From: Coleofasciculus sp. B1-GNL1-01
Lineage (GTDB): Bacteria; Cyanobacteriota; Cyanobacteriia; Cyanobacteriales; Coleofasciculaceae
NCBI GenBank assembly: GCA_040220235.1
Contig: JAVJTO010000017.1
DNA length: 64,000 nt
Reading direction: 5' to 3' (one strand)
How positions within the stretch are numbered: position 1 is the first letter of the stretch; the number at the start of each line of letters is the position of its first letter. Below are positions 30,507 through 42,056 of this stretch, piece by piece. Position numbers and translations under genes: made by a program. The notes beneath the pieces were generated by a model, which saw only the letters and a list, made by a program, of their open reading frames with translations, made no database searches and was not told where the DNA came from.

Positions 30507-32026
30507 TGAATGTCCCGAAATATGACTTCTTAATTTGCCCAGAACAATGTGATCAGGAACAAATTGCTCGTCGCTACGATAATCGAGCTGGCTTTGATTT
30601 GGTTAGCTATAAAGAAGTGGGTTTACCTGTTTACAAAATAACGGTTCAAGCTCTGACTCAAATCCGTAAGCCGATTCCTCCTATAGAAGAATATGTTTTA
30701 AAAGCCATTCATGCTGGGTTATCCTCGGAACAGGATATCGCTGGATTCCTGGGTTTAGAACCCTCTATCCTTAGAGAAGCCATGATTGAGCTACGGTTGA
30801 GCGAAACTATCGACCTGATCGCTCCAGAAGACTCGGCGATGCAAGTTTGGAAGCTGACTAAAAAAGGAGAACGAACGCTCAAGGAAGCCCAACTTATTGT
30901 CCCCGAAGAACGCAGTTTTACAATTAACTTTGACGGACTATTAAGGTATGTACGCTGGTATGGAAGATTAGACATAAATTTGCTACGTCCCAGAGAGTTG
31001 CGTCAGCAAGGAATGATGGAAATTCCAGCTCTTCCCGCCAAACCTCCAGAATTATCGGACATTAAACTAACGGATGTAGACCGGATTATTAGTCAAGATG
31101 AAAAGGAGAGGAAAAAAACGCGATCGCGAGAACGAGAGCTTCTGGCTTTAAAAACTATTGAGCGCCGACAGCGATTTTTTCAACCCGCATTAGCCCTAAT
31201 CTATAAAGCCAAAGATAGGGATGAAGTGCAGGTGGCGTTTGCCATTGATGAAAGGCTATCCTCTGAGCATGAACAAGCCTTTGCTCGTGCTAATGGTGTG
31301 AAGAAACTCCGTATCATAGAAAATCTTAATGACAGTGAATGTAAGAAATTAGCTGAAGATATTTTAGGACGTGAATTTGTGGCTCAAGCTCCACTCCCAG
31401 AAGTGGATGATATAAAAGATAAGGTAGCTTCGGTTCGCGCTACTATTGAAACCACTCGCCAGACTATTGAACGAACCCAGACGGATCACGAAAAGAAAGA
31501 ACTTGAGCAAAAACTTCAAGCCGCTAACCAGGAAATAGAAAAACTCCAGGCTCAACTCAATGATGTTCCGATTCGTTGGCTAGGAGTTTATGAACATCGC
31601 CCTTTGCTCAAACAGGCGCTGCAAGATAGTCAAGAACGTCTTTTAATTATTTCTCCATGGATTCGAGCCAACGCGACAAATGAGTTAATTCAACAGTTAG
31701 AGAAACTTCTAAAGCGGGGAGTAAAGGTTTTTATTGGATATGGTTTAGGGGAAGATTACAATCAGAAAACCCGCGACAAGAAAGCCGAAAACGCGATAGA
31801 AAAACTCGATCAGCAGTACGATAACTTTCGTCTCAAGCGTTTGGGCGATACCCATGCTAAAATCCTTATCTCTGACTCCAAATTTGCTGTTGTCACCAGC
31901 TTTAACTGGCTGTCATTTAAGGGTGATCCCAACCGCACATTCCGGGATGAACGGGGAACATTAGTATTTGATTCGCAGAAAATCAAGGAACTATTTGATA
32001 AAGAGATGAAGCGATTTTCAGTTTGA
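30506..32026 (+). CDS. Coiled-coil + PLD (HKD) nuclease protein, Mokosh type I MkoB-like
   Basis: IISPWI and HAKILISD...TSFNWLS single HKD motif; TAATG translational coupling with the upstream gene. Confidence 0.8.
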   Translation: MNVPKYDFLICPEQCDQEQIARRYDNRAGFDLVSYKEVGLPVYKITVQALTQIRKPIPPIEEYVLKAIHAGLSSEQDIAGFLGLEPSILREAMIELRLSETIDLIAPEDSAMQVWKLTKKGERTLKEAQLIVPEERSFTINFDGLLRYVRWYGRLDINLLRPRELRQQGMMEIPALPAKPPELSDIKLTDVDRIISQDEKERKKTRSRERELLALKTIERRQRFFQPALALIYKAKDRDEVQVAFAIDERLSSEHEQAFARANGVKKLRIIENLNDSECKKLAEDILGREFVAQAPLPEVDDIKDKVASVRATIETTRQTIERTQTDHEKKELEQKLQAANQEIEKLQAQLNDVPIRWLGVYEHRPLLKQALQDSQERLLIISPWIRANATNELIQQLEKLLKRGVKVFIGYGLGEDYNQKTRDKKAENAIEKLDQQYDNFRLKRLGDTHAKILISDSKFAVVTSFNWLSFKGDPNRTFRDERGTLVFDSQKIKELFDKEMKRFSV

Positions 32027-32319
32027 GTTCGTTCGTAGTAAGGGCTTTAGCCCTAGATTGGGTTAGGTGACATACATCAACCCTGGACTATCATTAAGGG
32101 GAAATTCCTTAATTTGCTCGACTCGCCCCGCTATCGTCAATGGGAAGTGTCTTAATTTTGTTGAGGAACCCGAATCTTTTGTTAATTCAGAATCAAGGAT
32201 AACTTGGTGGGTTACGGCGGATAGATGATTCAATAGTTCGTTTCATCAATTGAGTACCGCCTAACCCACCCTACGGGTTAAAAGGTTTATCTATTTAGGT
32301 GTGCCAAGTCACTACAAAT

Positions 32320-32351
32320 GTAAACTTTTATAACGCTTTATCCCCTCACCC
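32320..32351 (+). repeat. Right 32-bp direct repeat of the defence block
   Basis: GTAAACTTTTATAACGCTTTATCCCCTCACCC; 30/32 identical to 26051-26082. Confidence 0.85.
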
Positions 32352-32371
32352 AAGCCTAGTGGTAGGATGAA

Positions 32372-33852
<1,481 letters not shown>

Positions 33853-33876
33853 CTTGAAATTATAACACATATAAGC

Positions 33877-33910
33877 AAAGGGTGGGTATTACCCACCTTT
33901 TTTTCTTTTT
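33877..33910 (+). terminator. Intrinsic terminator after thiC
   Basis: GGTGGGT-ATT-ACCCACC hairpin followed by a T run. Confidence 0.75.
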
Positions 33911-34198
33911 TATTAGTCGGAATTGATTCTTCTGACTTATGCATGTTTTCGCGGTTTCAGTCAAAATAGTTACCAGCACGTCATTAATGTTCATCCTTCA
34001 AGTGGTGTGGCTACCATTTAGATACATTGTGCAGTGTTTCAAAACGGTTAACCCTTGTTTAAGCCGAATCGTCAACGTAGAAGGTTAAAAAAAAATCTGA
34101 TTAGAGGAATTGTCAGTATCATCAGATGGCTGGCAAAACTCGGTAAAGGTTTGTATAACACAATAGTGTCGCATCAGCGTTCCTCTACTCAACCCCCG

Positions 34199-35752
34199 AT
34201 GCAAGCTGCACCCGTACCCCGCAACGAAGCCGAGCGGATCGAGGCTCTTCAGGGGTACAACATCCTTGATACACTACCCGAACAAGATTTTGATGACCTC
34301 ACAGCTTTAGCCTCACACATCTGTGGGACTCCCATCGCCCTGATTAGCCTGATTGATCAAAATCGCCAGTGGTTTAAATCCAAAGTTGGCATCGAGGCGC
34401 AAGAAACACCCAGAGACCAGGCATTTTGCGCTCATGCAATTCTGAATCCCGAAGATATCATGGTTGTACCCAACGCCTTAGAAGATGAGCGGTTTGCGGG
34501 GAATCCTCTAGTAACGTCTGATCCGAATATTCGATTTTATGCTGGCGCTCCCTTGGTGACAAAAGATGGTTTTCCCCTGGGAACCCTCTGTGTGATTGAC
34601 CAGATTCCTCACGATCTCACACCGCAACAGATCAACGCCCTACAAGCGCTAAGCCGTCAGGTGATTAACCAAATGGAACTACGGTTGAATTTAACTCGGT
34701 TAAATCGCCAAATTGCTAGGCGCAGAGAAGTCGAAGCCAAACAGCGATTATCAGATCAGCAAGTCGTCGAACTCCTCGAAAGCATGACTGATGGATTTTT
34801 TGCCTTGGATCGACAATGGCGGTTTACCTATATTAATCAAGTCGGCGCTCAAATTTTACAGCGCCAACCTGAAGAATTACTGCGCCAGAATTTCTGGGAT
34901 GCTTTTCCCGATGCGGTGGGTTCAAAATTTGATCGGCAATATAACAAAGCAATGGATCAACAGAGTCCTGTCACGTTTGAAGCCTTCTACCCACCGATCA
35001 GATGTTGGTTTGAAGTGCGAGCTTTTCCCTCCTATGAAGGACTCTCGGTTTTCTTTCATGACATTACCCAACGCAAGCAAACCGATGCGGCTTTAAAACG
35101 GGAAAAGCAAAAAGTTGAGAACTTGTTACTGAATATTCTGCCCCAACCCATTGCCAAGCAGTTGCAACATGAGCCAGGATTAATCGCCCAGAAACATGAG
35201 GATGTGACAATTTTATTTGCCGACTTGGTAAAGTTCACTCAACTAGCGGGTCAGATTTCTCCCCAAGAGCTAGTTAGCTTGCTCAACCGGATCGTTTCCA
35301 CGTTTGACCAACTCGCTCAAAAGCATGGTTTGGAAAAAATTAAGACCATTGGTGATGCTTATATGGTGGTTGGCGGACTTCCTACTCCTCAGCATAATCA
35401 TGCCGATGCGATCGCGCAAATGGCGCTGGAGATGCAACAGAGTCTTGCCCAAATTAACACCGCCACGGGTAAGAATTTTCGCTTGCGGATTGGGATTAAT
35501 ACCGGAGTCGTGATTGCGGGCGTCATCGGCACAACTAAGTTTAGCTATGACATTTGGGGTGACGCGGTGAATATCGCTAGTCGCATGGAATCTCGCGGTC
35601 AACCGGACAAAATTCAGGTGACTGAGACAACGTATCAGCGCTTGCGAGACAAGTATGAGTTAGTCGAACGGGGGTTTATCCGGGTTAAAGGCAAGGGTAA
35701 GATGAAAACCTATTGGTTAATGGGTAAAAAGCCGAAAATTGTGCAACAGTAA
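34199..35752 (+). CDS. GAF-PAS class III adenylate cyclase
   Basis: GAF ([18 protein letters not shown]), PAS ([16 protein letters not shown]), cyclase [36 protein letters not shown]. Confidence 0.93.
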   Translation: MQAAPVPRNEAERIEALQGYNILDTLPEQDFDDLTALASHICGTPIALISLIDQNRQWFKSKVGIEAQETPRDQAFCAHAILNPEDIMVVPNALEDERFAGNPLVTSDPNIRFYAGAPLVTKDGFPLGTLCVIDQIPHDLTPQQINALQALSRQVINQMELRLNLTRLNRQIARRREVEAKQRLSDQQVVELLESMTDGFFALDRQWRFTYINQVGAQILQRQPEELLRQNFWDAFPDAVGSKFDRQYNKAMDQQSPVTFEAFYPPIRCWFEVRAFPSYEGLSVFFHDITQRKQTDAALKREKQKVENLLLNILPQPIAKQLQHEPGLIAQKHEDVTILFADLVKFTQLAGQISPQELVSLLNRIVSTFDQLAQKHGLEKIKTIGDAYMVVGGLPTPQHNHADAIAQMALEMQQSLAQINTATGKNFRLRIGINTGVVIAGVIGTTKFSYDIWGDAVNIASRMESRGQPDKIQVTETTYQRLRDKYELVERGFIRVKGKGKMKTYWLMGKKPKIVQQ

Positions 35753-36167
35753 GAAGTAGGCGAACCACTCGCACTCCTATTCCCTTCTAGGTTCTGCCTT
35801 CTACTATAAATCGTGACCAATTTGAGGGTTAATGGATGTATCCTGAAGGGGTGACAAGCAGCTCAAAAGCTTTGCAGACAAAGCATTTCCCCCCTCAAGC
35901 CTCAAAAAGATGAGAGCTTATTGACAAGCTTACCCTCGAACAAAGAGGTGAATGAGTTGGAATTGAGGAGGGCGTGATAGTTATCTATAGGGTTCTGATT
36001 CAGGATAATATAGATAATCAGTGCCTAAATACTGCATTGGATTTTAAATCAGAGTTATAAATTGACCAAAGATTTCCTCTCAGAGTATGTTTATGAACAG
36101 AAGAAAGGGGAAAAAGTTGTTCTTGGCTGCTCCTTTCCTCTGGTAACGGCTAATCTGGAGAGGATAA

Positions 36168-36953
36168 ATGTCCGACGTTCAAGATGCATCACCCAATCAA
36201 CTGGTTTGTACAGTTTTGCCGACTTACAACGAGCAGGACAATATCAGTGCGCTGATTGAGCGCCTGCTGGCGAGTAACGCGACACCTTACCTGGTGCTTG
36301 TGGTTGATGACAACTCCCCTGATGGCACATGGGAGATTGTAGAACAGTTTGCCGATCGCTATCCTATTTCCTCTACTTCACCAGAGGATGGCAACACGGT
36401 AGGGGTTGCCTTAGTCCGACGGATTGGTGAAAAAGGGTTAACCTCGGCTATCCAGCGTGGCATTGATGAGGCGATTCACACCTATAATGCTGGAATCGTC
36501 ACTTGGATGGATTGTGACCTCTCTATGCCCCCTGAAGACGTACCCAGGCTGGTACAAGCTATCCAGAAAAACGAAGCCGATGTTGCCTTTGGTTCCCGGT
36601 GGGTTCCGGGGGGAACGGATAGAGCTCATGGTTTAATGGCTCGCACCCTGAGTTGGATTATTAATTCCTTCGCCAGAGTGATGCTATACAGCCGGATACA
36701 TGATTACACTAGCGGCTTCATCGCCGCCCGTGCCGAAGTATTGGAGCGTATCAAGCTGCGTGGGGGTTATGGTGAATACTGCATCGATTTGTTATACCGT
36801 GCCAAACGACTGAACTACCGACTCGTCGAAATCCCTTACATCTGCGTACCTCGTACCGCAGGGGAGAGCAAAACGGGTTTAAACTTGTGGGATTACTTGG
36901 TCAAAGGACGCAAATATGTGTCAACTATATGGCAGCTTTCCCGGAAAAAATGA
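36168..36953 (+). CDS. GT2 polyprenol-phosphate glycosyltransferase (DPM1/ArnC-like)
   Basis: VLPTYNE, VDDNSPDGT, MDCDLS, GSRWVPGG, DYTSGF. Confidence 0.9.
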   Translation: MSDVQDASPNQLVCTVLPTYNEQDNISALIERLLASNATPYLVLVVDDNSPDGTWEIVEQFADRYPISSTSPEDGNTVGVALVRRIGEKGLTSAIQRGIDEAIHTYNAGIVTWMDCDLSMPPEDVPRLVQAIQKNEADVAFGSRWVPGGTDRAHGLMARTLSWIINSFARVMLYSRIHDYTSGFIAARAEVLERIKLRGGYGEYCIDLLYRAKRLNYRLVEIPYICVPRTAGESKTGLNLWDYLVKGRKYVSTIWQLSRKK

Positions 36954-37097
36954 TTAACTTAAGGCTTGCTGTCGGGAGTGTTGTGGTAGGGGGAGGGAAT
37001 AGGGAATAGGGAACAGGCAATAGGCAATAGTTGAGGGAAGCTATGTAGGGTGGGCACTGCCCACCAACCTTAATTCAGTAACATTCAACTTAGGTGG

Positions 37098-37188
37098 AAT
37101 GGCACTGACTTTAGAGTTGGTAGTCAGCGCTGTCTTCGCTTCTGGCACTAAAGTGCCTACTACGAAACCAGCTTAAGTCAGTGGCATT
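37098..37188. mobile_element. ~90-bp MITE/REP-like element
   Basis: TIRs AATGGCACTGACTTTAG / CTTAAGTCAGTGGCATT; 37137-37180 matches 15932-15975 (reverse complement) at 43/44. Confidence 0.7.
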
Positions 37189-37242
37189 TGGATTAGGTTA
37201 CAGTGTCTAATCCCCTAGAAACGTTAGGAGTCTGGTTCTGTA

Positions 37243-38373
37243 TTATTGCCCCGCTTCCAGTAAAATATCTTTAACGGTGGCGGCGACTCGTTCTATCTGT
37301 TCAGGGGTTAACGCCATACCACTGGGAATATAGAAGCCTCGGCGGGCTAAACGTTCAGCGACAGGGTAGGACTCCCCTTTGAACAGTCCCATCTTATGAA
37401 ATACAGGCTGTTCGTGCATGGGCCAAAAGAAGGGGCGACTGCCAATTTTCTCCTCTCTTAATCGTTTCATTGCCTCTGTCGCCTCAAAAGGCACGTCATC
37501 GGTTAAGACGACACCATACACCCAGTAAATGTTTTCCGCATAATCGGTGCGGGTAAGGGGTAACTCTAAACCTGCTACATTCCCAAGAAGTTCTGTGTAA
37601 CGTTGTCCCATCTGGCGTTTACGACTTACAAATTCATCCAACCGCTCTAATTGAGCTAGTCCGACGGCGGCTTGTAAGTTCGTCATGCGGAGGTTCCAGC
37701 CTAAGTCTTCATGGACAAAACGCTGCTGGGGTTGAAAACACAGATTTCGCAGAGAACGACAGCGTTGCGCTAGGTTGTCGTCATCGGTGACAATCATTCC
37801 CCCTTCACCGGTGGTAATGTGTTTGTTGGGATAAAAGCTAAACGTACTAATATCACCTAAGCTGCCACAAGGTTTCCCCTTATAGGTTTGACCATGCATT
37901 TCAGCCGCATCTTCAATCACCAATAAGTTATATTTTTGGGCTAACGCTTGGATGGCGTCCATCTCTACAGGTAAGCCGTAGATGTGGACAACCATAATGG
38001 CTTTGGTTTTGGGGGTAATCTTTGCTTCTACCTGCTCAACATCCATATTCCAGGTGTCAGGATTGCTGTCCACAACCACTGGAATCGCTCCCGCCCTCAC
38101 AATCGCAGTGGCACAGGAGATAATTGTGAATGTAGGCAGAATGACTTCATCCCCTGCACTAATTCCCAGAGCAACGATAGCCGCGTCTAGAGCCATGGAA
38201 CCATTACTCACAGCTATGCCATGTTTTCGTTCTACACGAGTGGCAAATTCGGCTTCAAATTGCTTGACAAATGGTCCTTCAGACGAAATCCATCCGGTGT
38301 CTATACATTCATTGAGATATTGCTTTTCTTTGCCGTCTAACAGAGGTTCATTGACCGGAATTGGTTCTCCCAT
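37243..38373 (-). CDS. DegT/DnrJ/EryC1/StrS sugar aminotransferase (GDP-perosamine synthase-like)
   Basis: IEDAAE, FSFYPNKHITTGEGG PLP-lysine motif, GWISSEGPFV N-terminus. Confidence 0.92.
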   Translation of the reverse strand: MGEPIPVNEPLLDGKEKQYLNECIDTGWISSEGPFVKQFEAEFATRVERKHGIAVSNGSMALDAAIVALGISAGDEVILPTFTIISCATAIVRAGAIPVVVDSNPDTWNMDVEQVEAKITPKTKAIMVVHIYGLPVEMDAIQALAQKYNLLVIEDAAEMHGQTYKGKPCGSLGDISTFSFYPNKHITTGEGGMIVTDDDNLAQRCRSLRNLCFQPQQRFVHEDLGWNLRMTNLQAAVGLAQLERLDEFVSRKRQMGQRYTELLGNVAGLELPLTRTDYAENIYWVYGVVLTDDVPFEATEAMKRLREEKIGSRPFFWPMHEQPVFHKMGLFKGESYPVAERLARRGFYIPSGMALTPEQIERVAATVKDILLEAGQ

Positions 38374-38379
38374 AGTTGG

Positions 38380-38847
38380 TTAATCCGTTATCTTGACCTG
38401 TTTGCTCTCAACGCCGGGGAAACGAGTCTTGTCCTCATTCCCCACATAAGGACCTTGCTTGACTTCAATCATCTCTATTTCTTCTAAGACTTCAAAGCCA
38501 TGTCCTCCTTTAATCAGGAGAATGACATCCCCAGCTTCTAGGATATGACTCTCTAAATACTGTTGCTGGTCGTCATAAAAATCGACTCGCAGTTTCCCTT
38601 GTTTAATAAACAGAACTTCCTGAGTGTAAAAGACTTCTCGACGGACTTGATTGTGGATGTGAGGAGTAATCGTTTTTCCCGTCGGATGCCTCATGTAGGC
38701 TAGTTGTTGCGAAAAGCTGTCGGGGGTAAAAAAGTGAATACCCGGTTGGTTAAATTCAGTGCTAATAATAATGGCAAATACTTCTTGGTTATGAACAATT
38801 TCTTGTAGTTGTTTTTTGCGAGGTTTTATTAACATTGGGGTTCTCAA
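38380..38847 (-). CDS. Cupin-fold protein (WbuC-like)
   Basis: PHIH...TQEVL and GGHGF..EVKQGPY cupin motifs; overlaps no gene, 6 bp from the aminotransferase start. Confidence 0.75.
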   Translation of the reverse strand: MRTPMLIKPRKKQLQEIVHNQEVFAIIISTEFNQPGIHFFTPDSFSQQLAYMRHPTGKTITPHIHNQVRREVFYTQEVLFIKQGKLRVDFYDDQQQYLESHILEAGDVILLIKGGHGFEVLEEIEMIEVKQGPYVGNEDKTRFPGVESKQVKITD

Positions 38848-38916
38848 AGTAGCGTTTAATCAAGACGACATTGGCGCTATAACTAAGACTTAAAGTATAG
38901 CTCAACGATTACTCGT

Positions 38917-40725
38917 CTACAAGGGTTGCTTAATCGAGGCTTCGTAGATGGGATATTTGCCAAACTGACCTAAATTAGACAATTCAATCTGAAAGCGCTG
39001 CTCACCTTTAGTGAATTGGAGATTATCCTGACTATCTTCCGGTGGCTGGCATTTTCGATAAGGATAGCATACATAAATAAATTGATCCTGATTCTGCTCC
39101 ACTAATACTTTACTCAATTTAACTAAATCATTGCTAGTTTCAGCTTGAAAAAAGAACTTTTCGCCTCTCAGAGGGGGTTCTAGCAATTGAGCCGCATATT
39201 GATGAGACACTGCAATCACCCGTTCTGGACTTTCTGCCAAGAGTTGGGTGGCGGGAGGAATGCCTTGATGCGCCTTCTGCAACGCCACTGTGCCTAAGTA
39301 GGTGTTTTTGTGGATACCAATGGCTAAAAGGACAACGATGGTAAAAATGCTGATGTATTGGAAAAGGGGACGTGATCTGTCCTTGATGAAATTTAACTCC
39401 TCTATCGTTACCCAGGTGACTAGGGGGATAAGAGACAATAAGTATCGCGGTCCCCACTGCTTACCCCCAACCGCAATCTCGTCCGCACCAGAATCTAACA
39501 ATAAACAAGCACCAGCAGTGAACATCACACAGATTAGATAAATTACCCCTATCCTAGCATTGAATTTTACCTCGATTTTTCTGAACACATACAGCCACGC
39601 GATCGCGATGAGGATTGGCAGACTATATTGCTTAATCGCTGTCTTTAATTCAGCCGCACCTCCAGTCAGAAATAGATACCCAGCAGCGGCAATTAATAGA
39701 CCGATTATACCCAGAGTAACGATTTTTAGGTTCAGTTTAGCTTCTAGTCTCTTAAAGACACACAAGAGCAAGTAAAGTAGCGGAAAAAAGGCGATCGGGA
39801 AATACTCAAACCCGACGACACTGAGTTCCTGGAAATTGCCCCAAGCCTCAGCAAGGCGGCGAGTCCAAGAGAACTCCTCGACAATTTCTACCGCATGCAT
39901 TCCCAGAAAAAGACCGTAAACCAGTTTGTTGGCGACAAAAAATAGACTAACTGCCACAAACATACTCGCGATAAACGTTTCTTTGTTTTTGGCTAAATAA
40001 TGGATAGATTTGAAATTAAACTTGTTAAATAAATTCAAAAAATTACTCTTCGCTAAGGCAGCAATAATCACCAAAGCGGATAACGTCGCCACCATAGACA
40101 AAAACTCGGGTCTAAACCAAGCCGATAAACCGATTAAACCGCCACTGACTACAGCACTGGGTTTCGATAAACCCGATGGATATCCGAGCATTAGCAGCAT
40201 TGCCATACCTGCAAAGCAAAGCGCAACGGCAAGGCTATGCTCCCAATACATGGCACTATACAGGGTTAAGTGCGAGGCAAAGATCAGACTAATTAACGCA
40301 ATTGAGGTATGAAATGCGCTAACCTTTAAACGTTTACAGGTAAGATAGAAAGTACCCCAGATTGCCCATGTAGAAACTAACGGAACCAGATAAAGACCTC
40401 TGAAGCCAAAAAGTCCATAAAATGGTGCGGTGACTAGGGGAAACGTAAAGGGAAAGGTAATGTAATAGCGCCCCGTTACATTGTAGACAAACGGTGGTGC
40501 ATAAGGATATAATCCATCCTGCCAAAGATTTCGCACCCAGGCTTCTGAGGGTTGCCACAGATCGAAGCGCCATTCACCCGTACTTAACTGCTGGGCGAGT
40601 AAGGATTTGAGCGCAGCATCGCCGCTAAAATATGTACCTTCGGGAATTTGAAATTGTAAATAGAGTGAAAATAAAACTCCAATGACAATAATCCCTAGAG
40701 GAATCGGCTCAAGCTTGATTTTCAT
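38917..40725 (-). CDS. Polytopic GT-C-like glycosyltransferase
   Basis: More than 10 hydrophobic segments; FSGD in first external loop, WEHSLA, FRPE, WGPRYLL motifs. Confidence 0.65.
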   Translation of the reverse strand: MKIKLEPIPLGIIVIGVLFSLYLQFQIPEGTYFSGDAALKSLLAQQLSTGEWRFDLWQPSEAWVRNLWQDGLYPYAPPFVYNVTGRYYITFPFTFPLVTAPFYGLFGFRGLYLVPLVSTWAIWGTFYLTCKRLKVSAFHTSIALISLIFASHLTLYSAMYWEHSLAVALCFAGMAMLLMLGYPSGLSKPSAVVSGGLIGLSAWFRPEFLSMVATLSALVIIAALAKSNFLNLFNKFNFKSIHYLAKNKETFIASMFVAVSLFFVANKLVYGLFLGMHAVEIVEEFSWTRRLAEAWGNFQELSVVGFEYFPIAFFPLLYLLLCVFKRLEAKLNLKIVTLGIIGLLIAAAGYLFLTGGAAELKTAIKQYSLPILIAIAWLYVFRKIEVKFNARIGVIYLICVMFTAGACLLLDSGADEIAVGGKQWGPRYLLSLIPLVTWVTIEELNFIKDRSRPLFQYISIFTIVVLLAIGIHKNTYLGTVALQKAHQGIPPATQLLAESPERVIAVSHQYAAQLLEPPLRGEKFFFQAETSNDLVKLSKVLVEQNQDQFIYVCYPYRKCQPPEDSQDNLQFTKGEQRFQIELSNLGQFGKYPIYEASIKQPL

Positions 40726-40973
40726 GAGTGTGTATGGTGGCAATGGCTGCCCTTTATTTTACATTTATTTAAAAATCTGTGGCAACCACCGAAAATTTCG
40801 TTTATTCTAGGAAAACCATTGTTTTTGACCAATACAGCTTGACAACCCTGGTCGTCTTTAGAGGATTATATTCATATTTATTTACAAAACGTAAAATACT
40901 CCGTCACGTTGATGGCGTATCCTTCACCTAACCTTTACAATTGACGGTTGTATAATTATATAGTCTTAATTTT

Positions 40974-41918
40974 ATGTGGAAACCTTTTAAGCTCGGATCT
41001 TGGTTAATTACGGCGGGTGTTGCCTGGTCACTAGGTTACATTTATAACGTCCACCATGGCGGTGAATTAAGCTTCCTGCGAAAAATGTATGAACACAAGA
41101 TGGCAGTTGCTGAACAAGTACAAGCACCAACGAGAGTGCTGATTGTGGGGGGGTCAGGAGCGAATTATGCCACGAGTGCGGCGGCGATAGAAGCGGAACT
41201 GGGTATTCCGGTGTTCAACCTAGGATTGGATGGACCGGTGGGGCTGAATGTAATCCTGCCTAGTACGTTAGATCAAGTGCGCCCTGGAGATATTGTGCTG
41301 CTGATTCCTGAAGATTTAATTCTTTTAGATGATGATGGATTGTTAGACCGTTCGGTGCCATTTGGCATTGCCATTGGACGACCAGGTTTGGGTGATGTTC
41401 CGCCTCAGCAGCTTGCTGAAAACTTATTGTTAGTGGGAACCCCAACTCTACGAGGACTGACAAAATCGACAATAGATTTGATTGAAAAAGGCGAAATGAC
41501 GGGATATTACTCCGATCCCTTTACTGACCGAGGAGACCCCACAGTGACCAAAGTTCGCAAGGGTGAGTGGTGGAAATGGCGAATTAAGCAACCAATTTCT
41601 GATCATGCCATAGACCGAATCACTGAATTTCGGGAGCAGGTGGAAGCCAAAGGCGCTACTTTAGTTATATCTTTACCTTGGGTCTATGCGAGTACGGAGC
41701 AAGAGACGATCGCGAATATGCGAAAGATTGCGGCGGAACTGGAAAAAATTGCCCCTTTAATCGCCTATGATCAAGAAACCTTTAACCTAAAAAGCGATTC
41801 GAGTTTGTTTGCGGATACCCACCACCACCTTTTACCGGACAGTCGGAAAATTAGAGCGAGAGAATTGGCTGAAGGATTAGAACCCTTTGTTAAGAAAGAC
41901 CGCACCCAGGCGAAGTAA
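40974..41918 (+). CDS. Membrane-anchored SGNH/DltD-like protein
   Basis: LIVGGSG block I-like, FNLGL, FADTHHHL (DxxH-like). Confidence 0.55.
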   Translation: MWKPFKLGSWLITAGVAWSLGYIYNVHHGGELSFLRKMYEHKMAVAEQVQAPTRVLIVGGSGANYATSAAAIEAELGIPVFNLGLDGPVGLNVILPSTLDQVRPGDIVLLIPEDLILLDDDGLLDRSVPFGIAIGRPGLGDVPPQQLAENLLLVGTPTLRGLTKSTIDLIEKGEMTGYYSDPFTDRGDPTVTKVRKGEWWKWRIKQPISDHAIDRITEFREQVEAKGATLVISLPWVYASTEQETIANMRKIAAELEKIAPLIAYDQETFNLKSDSSLFADTHHHLLPDSRKIRARELAEGLEPFVKKDRTQAK

Positions 41919-42056
41919 GTGAAGTCAGACCAGGGGAAGTTTTCGGAATTCATCTGGCTAAGTTTAATTGAAATGTGAATGTAGGATTTGATGTCTGTTT
42001 AAACTGTTTCAATTGCTGAACGGGTTTTCTCGATACAAAAGAAGGTTTATTTTAGT

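Noticed and set aside
32320..32333. NtcA box upstream of thiC
   Set aside because: Reads GTA-N8-TAA rather than TAC, and the spacing to the TAGGAT -10-like hexamer is longer than canonical.
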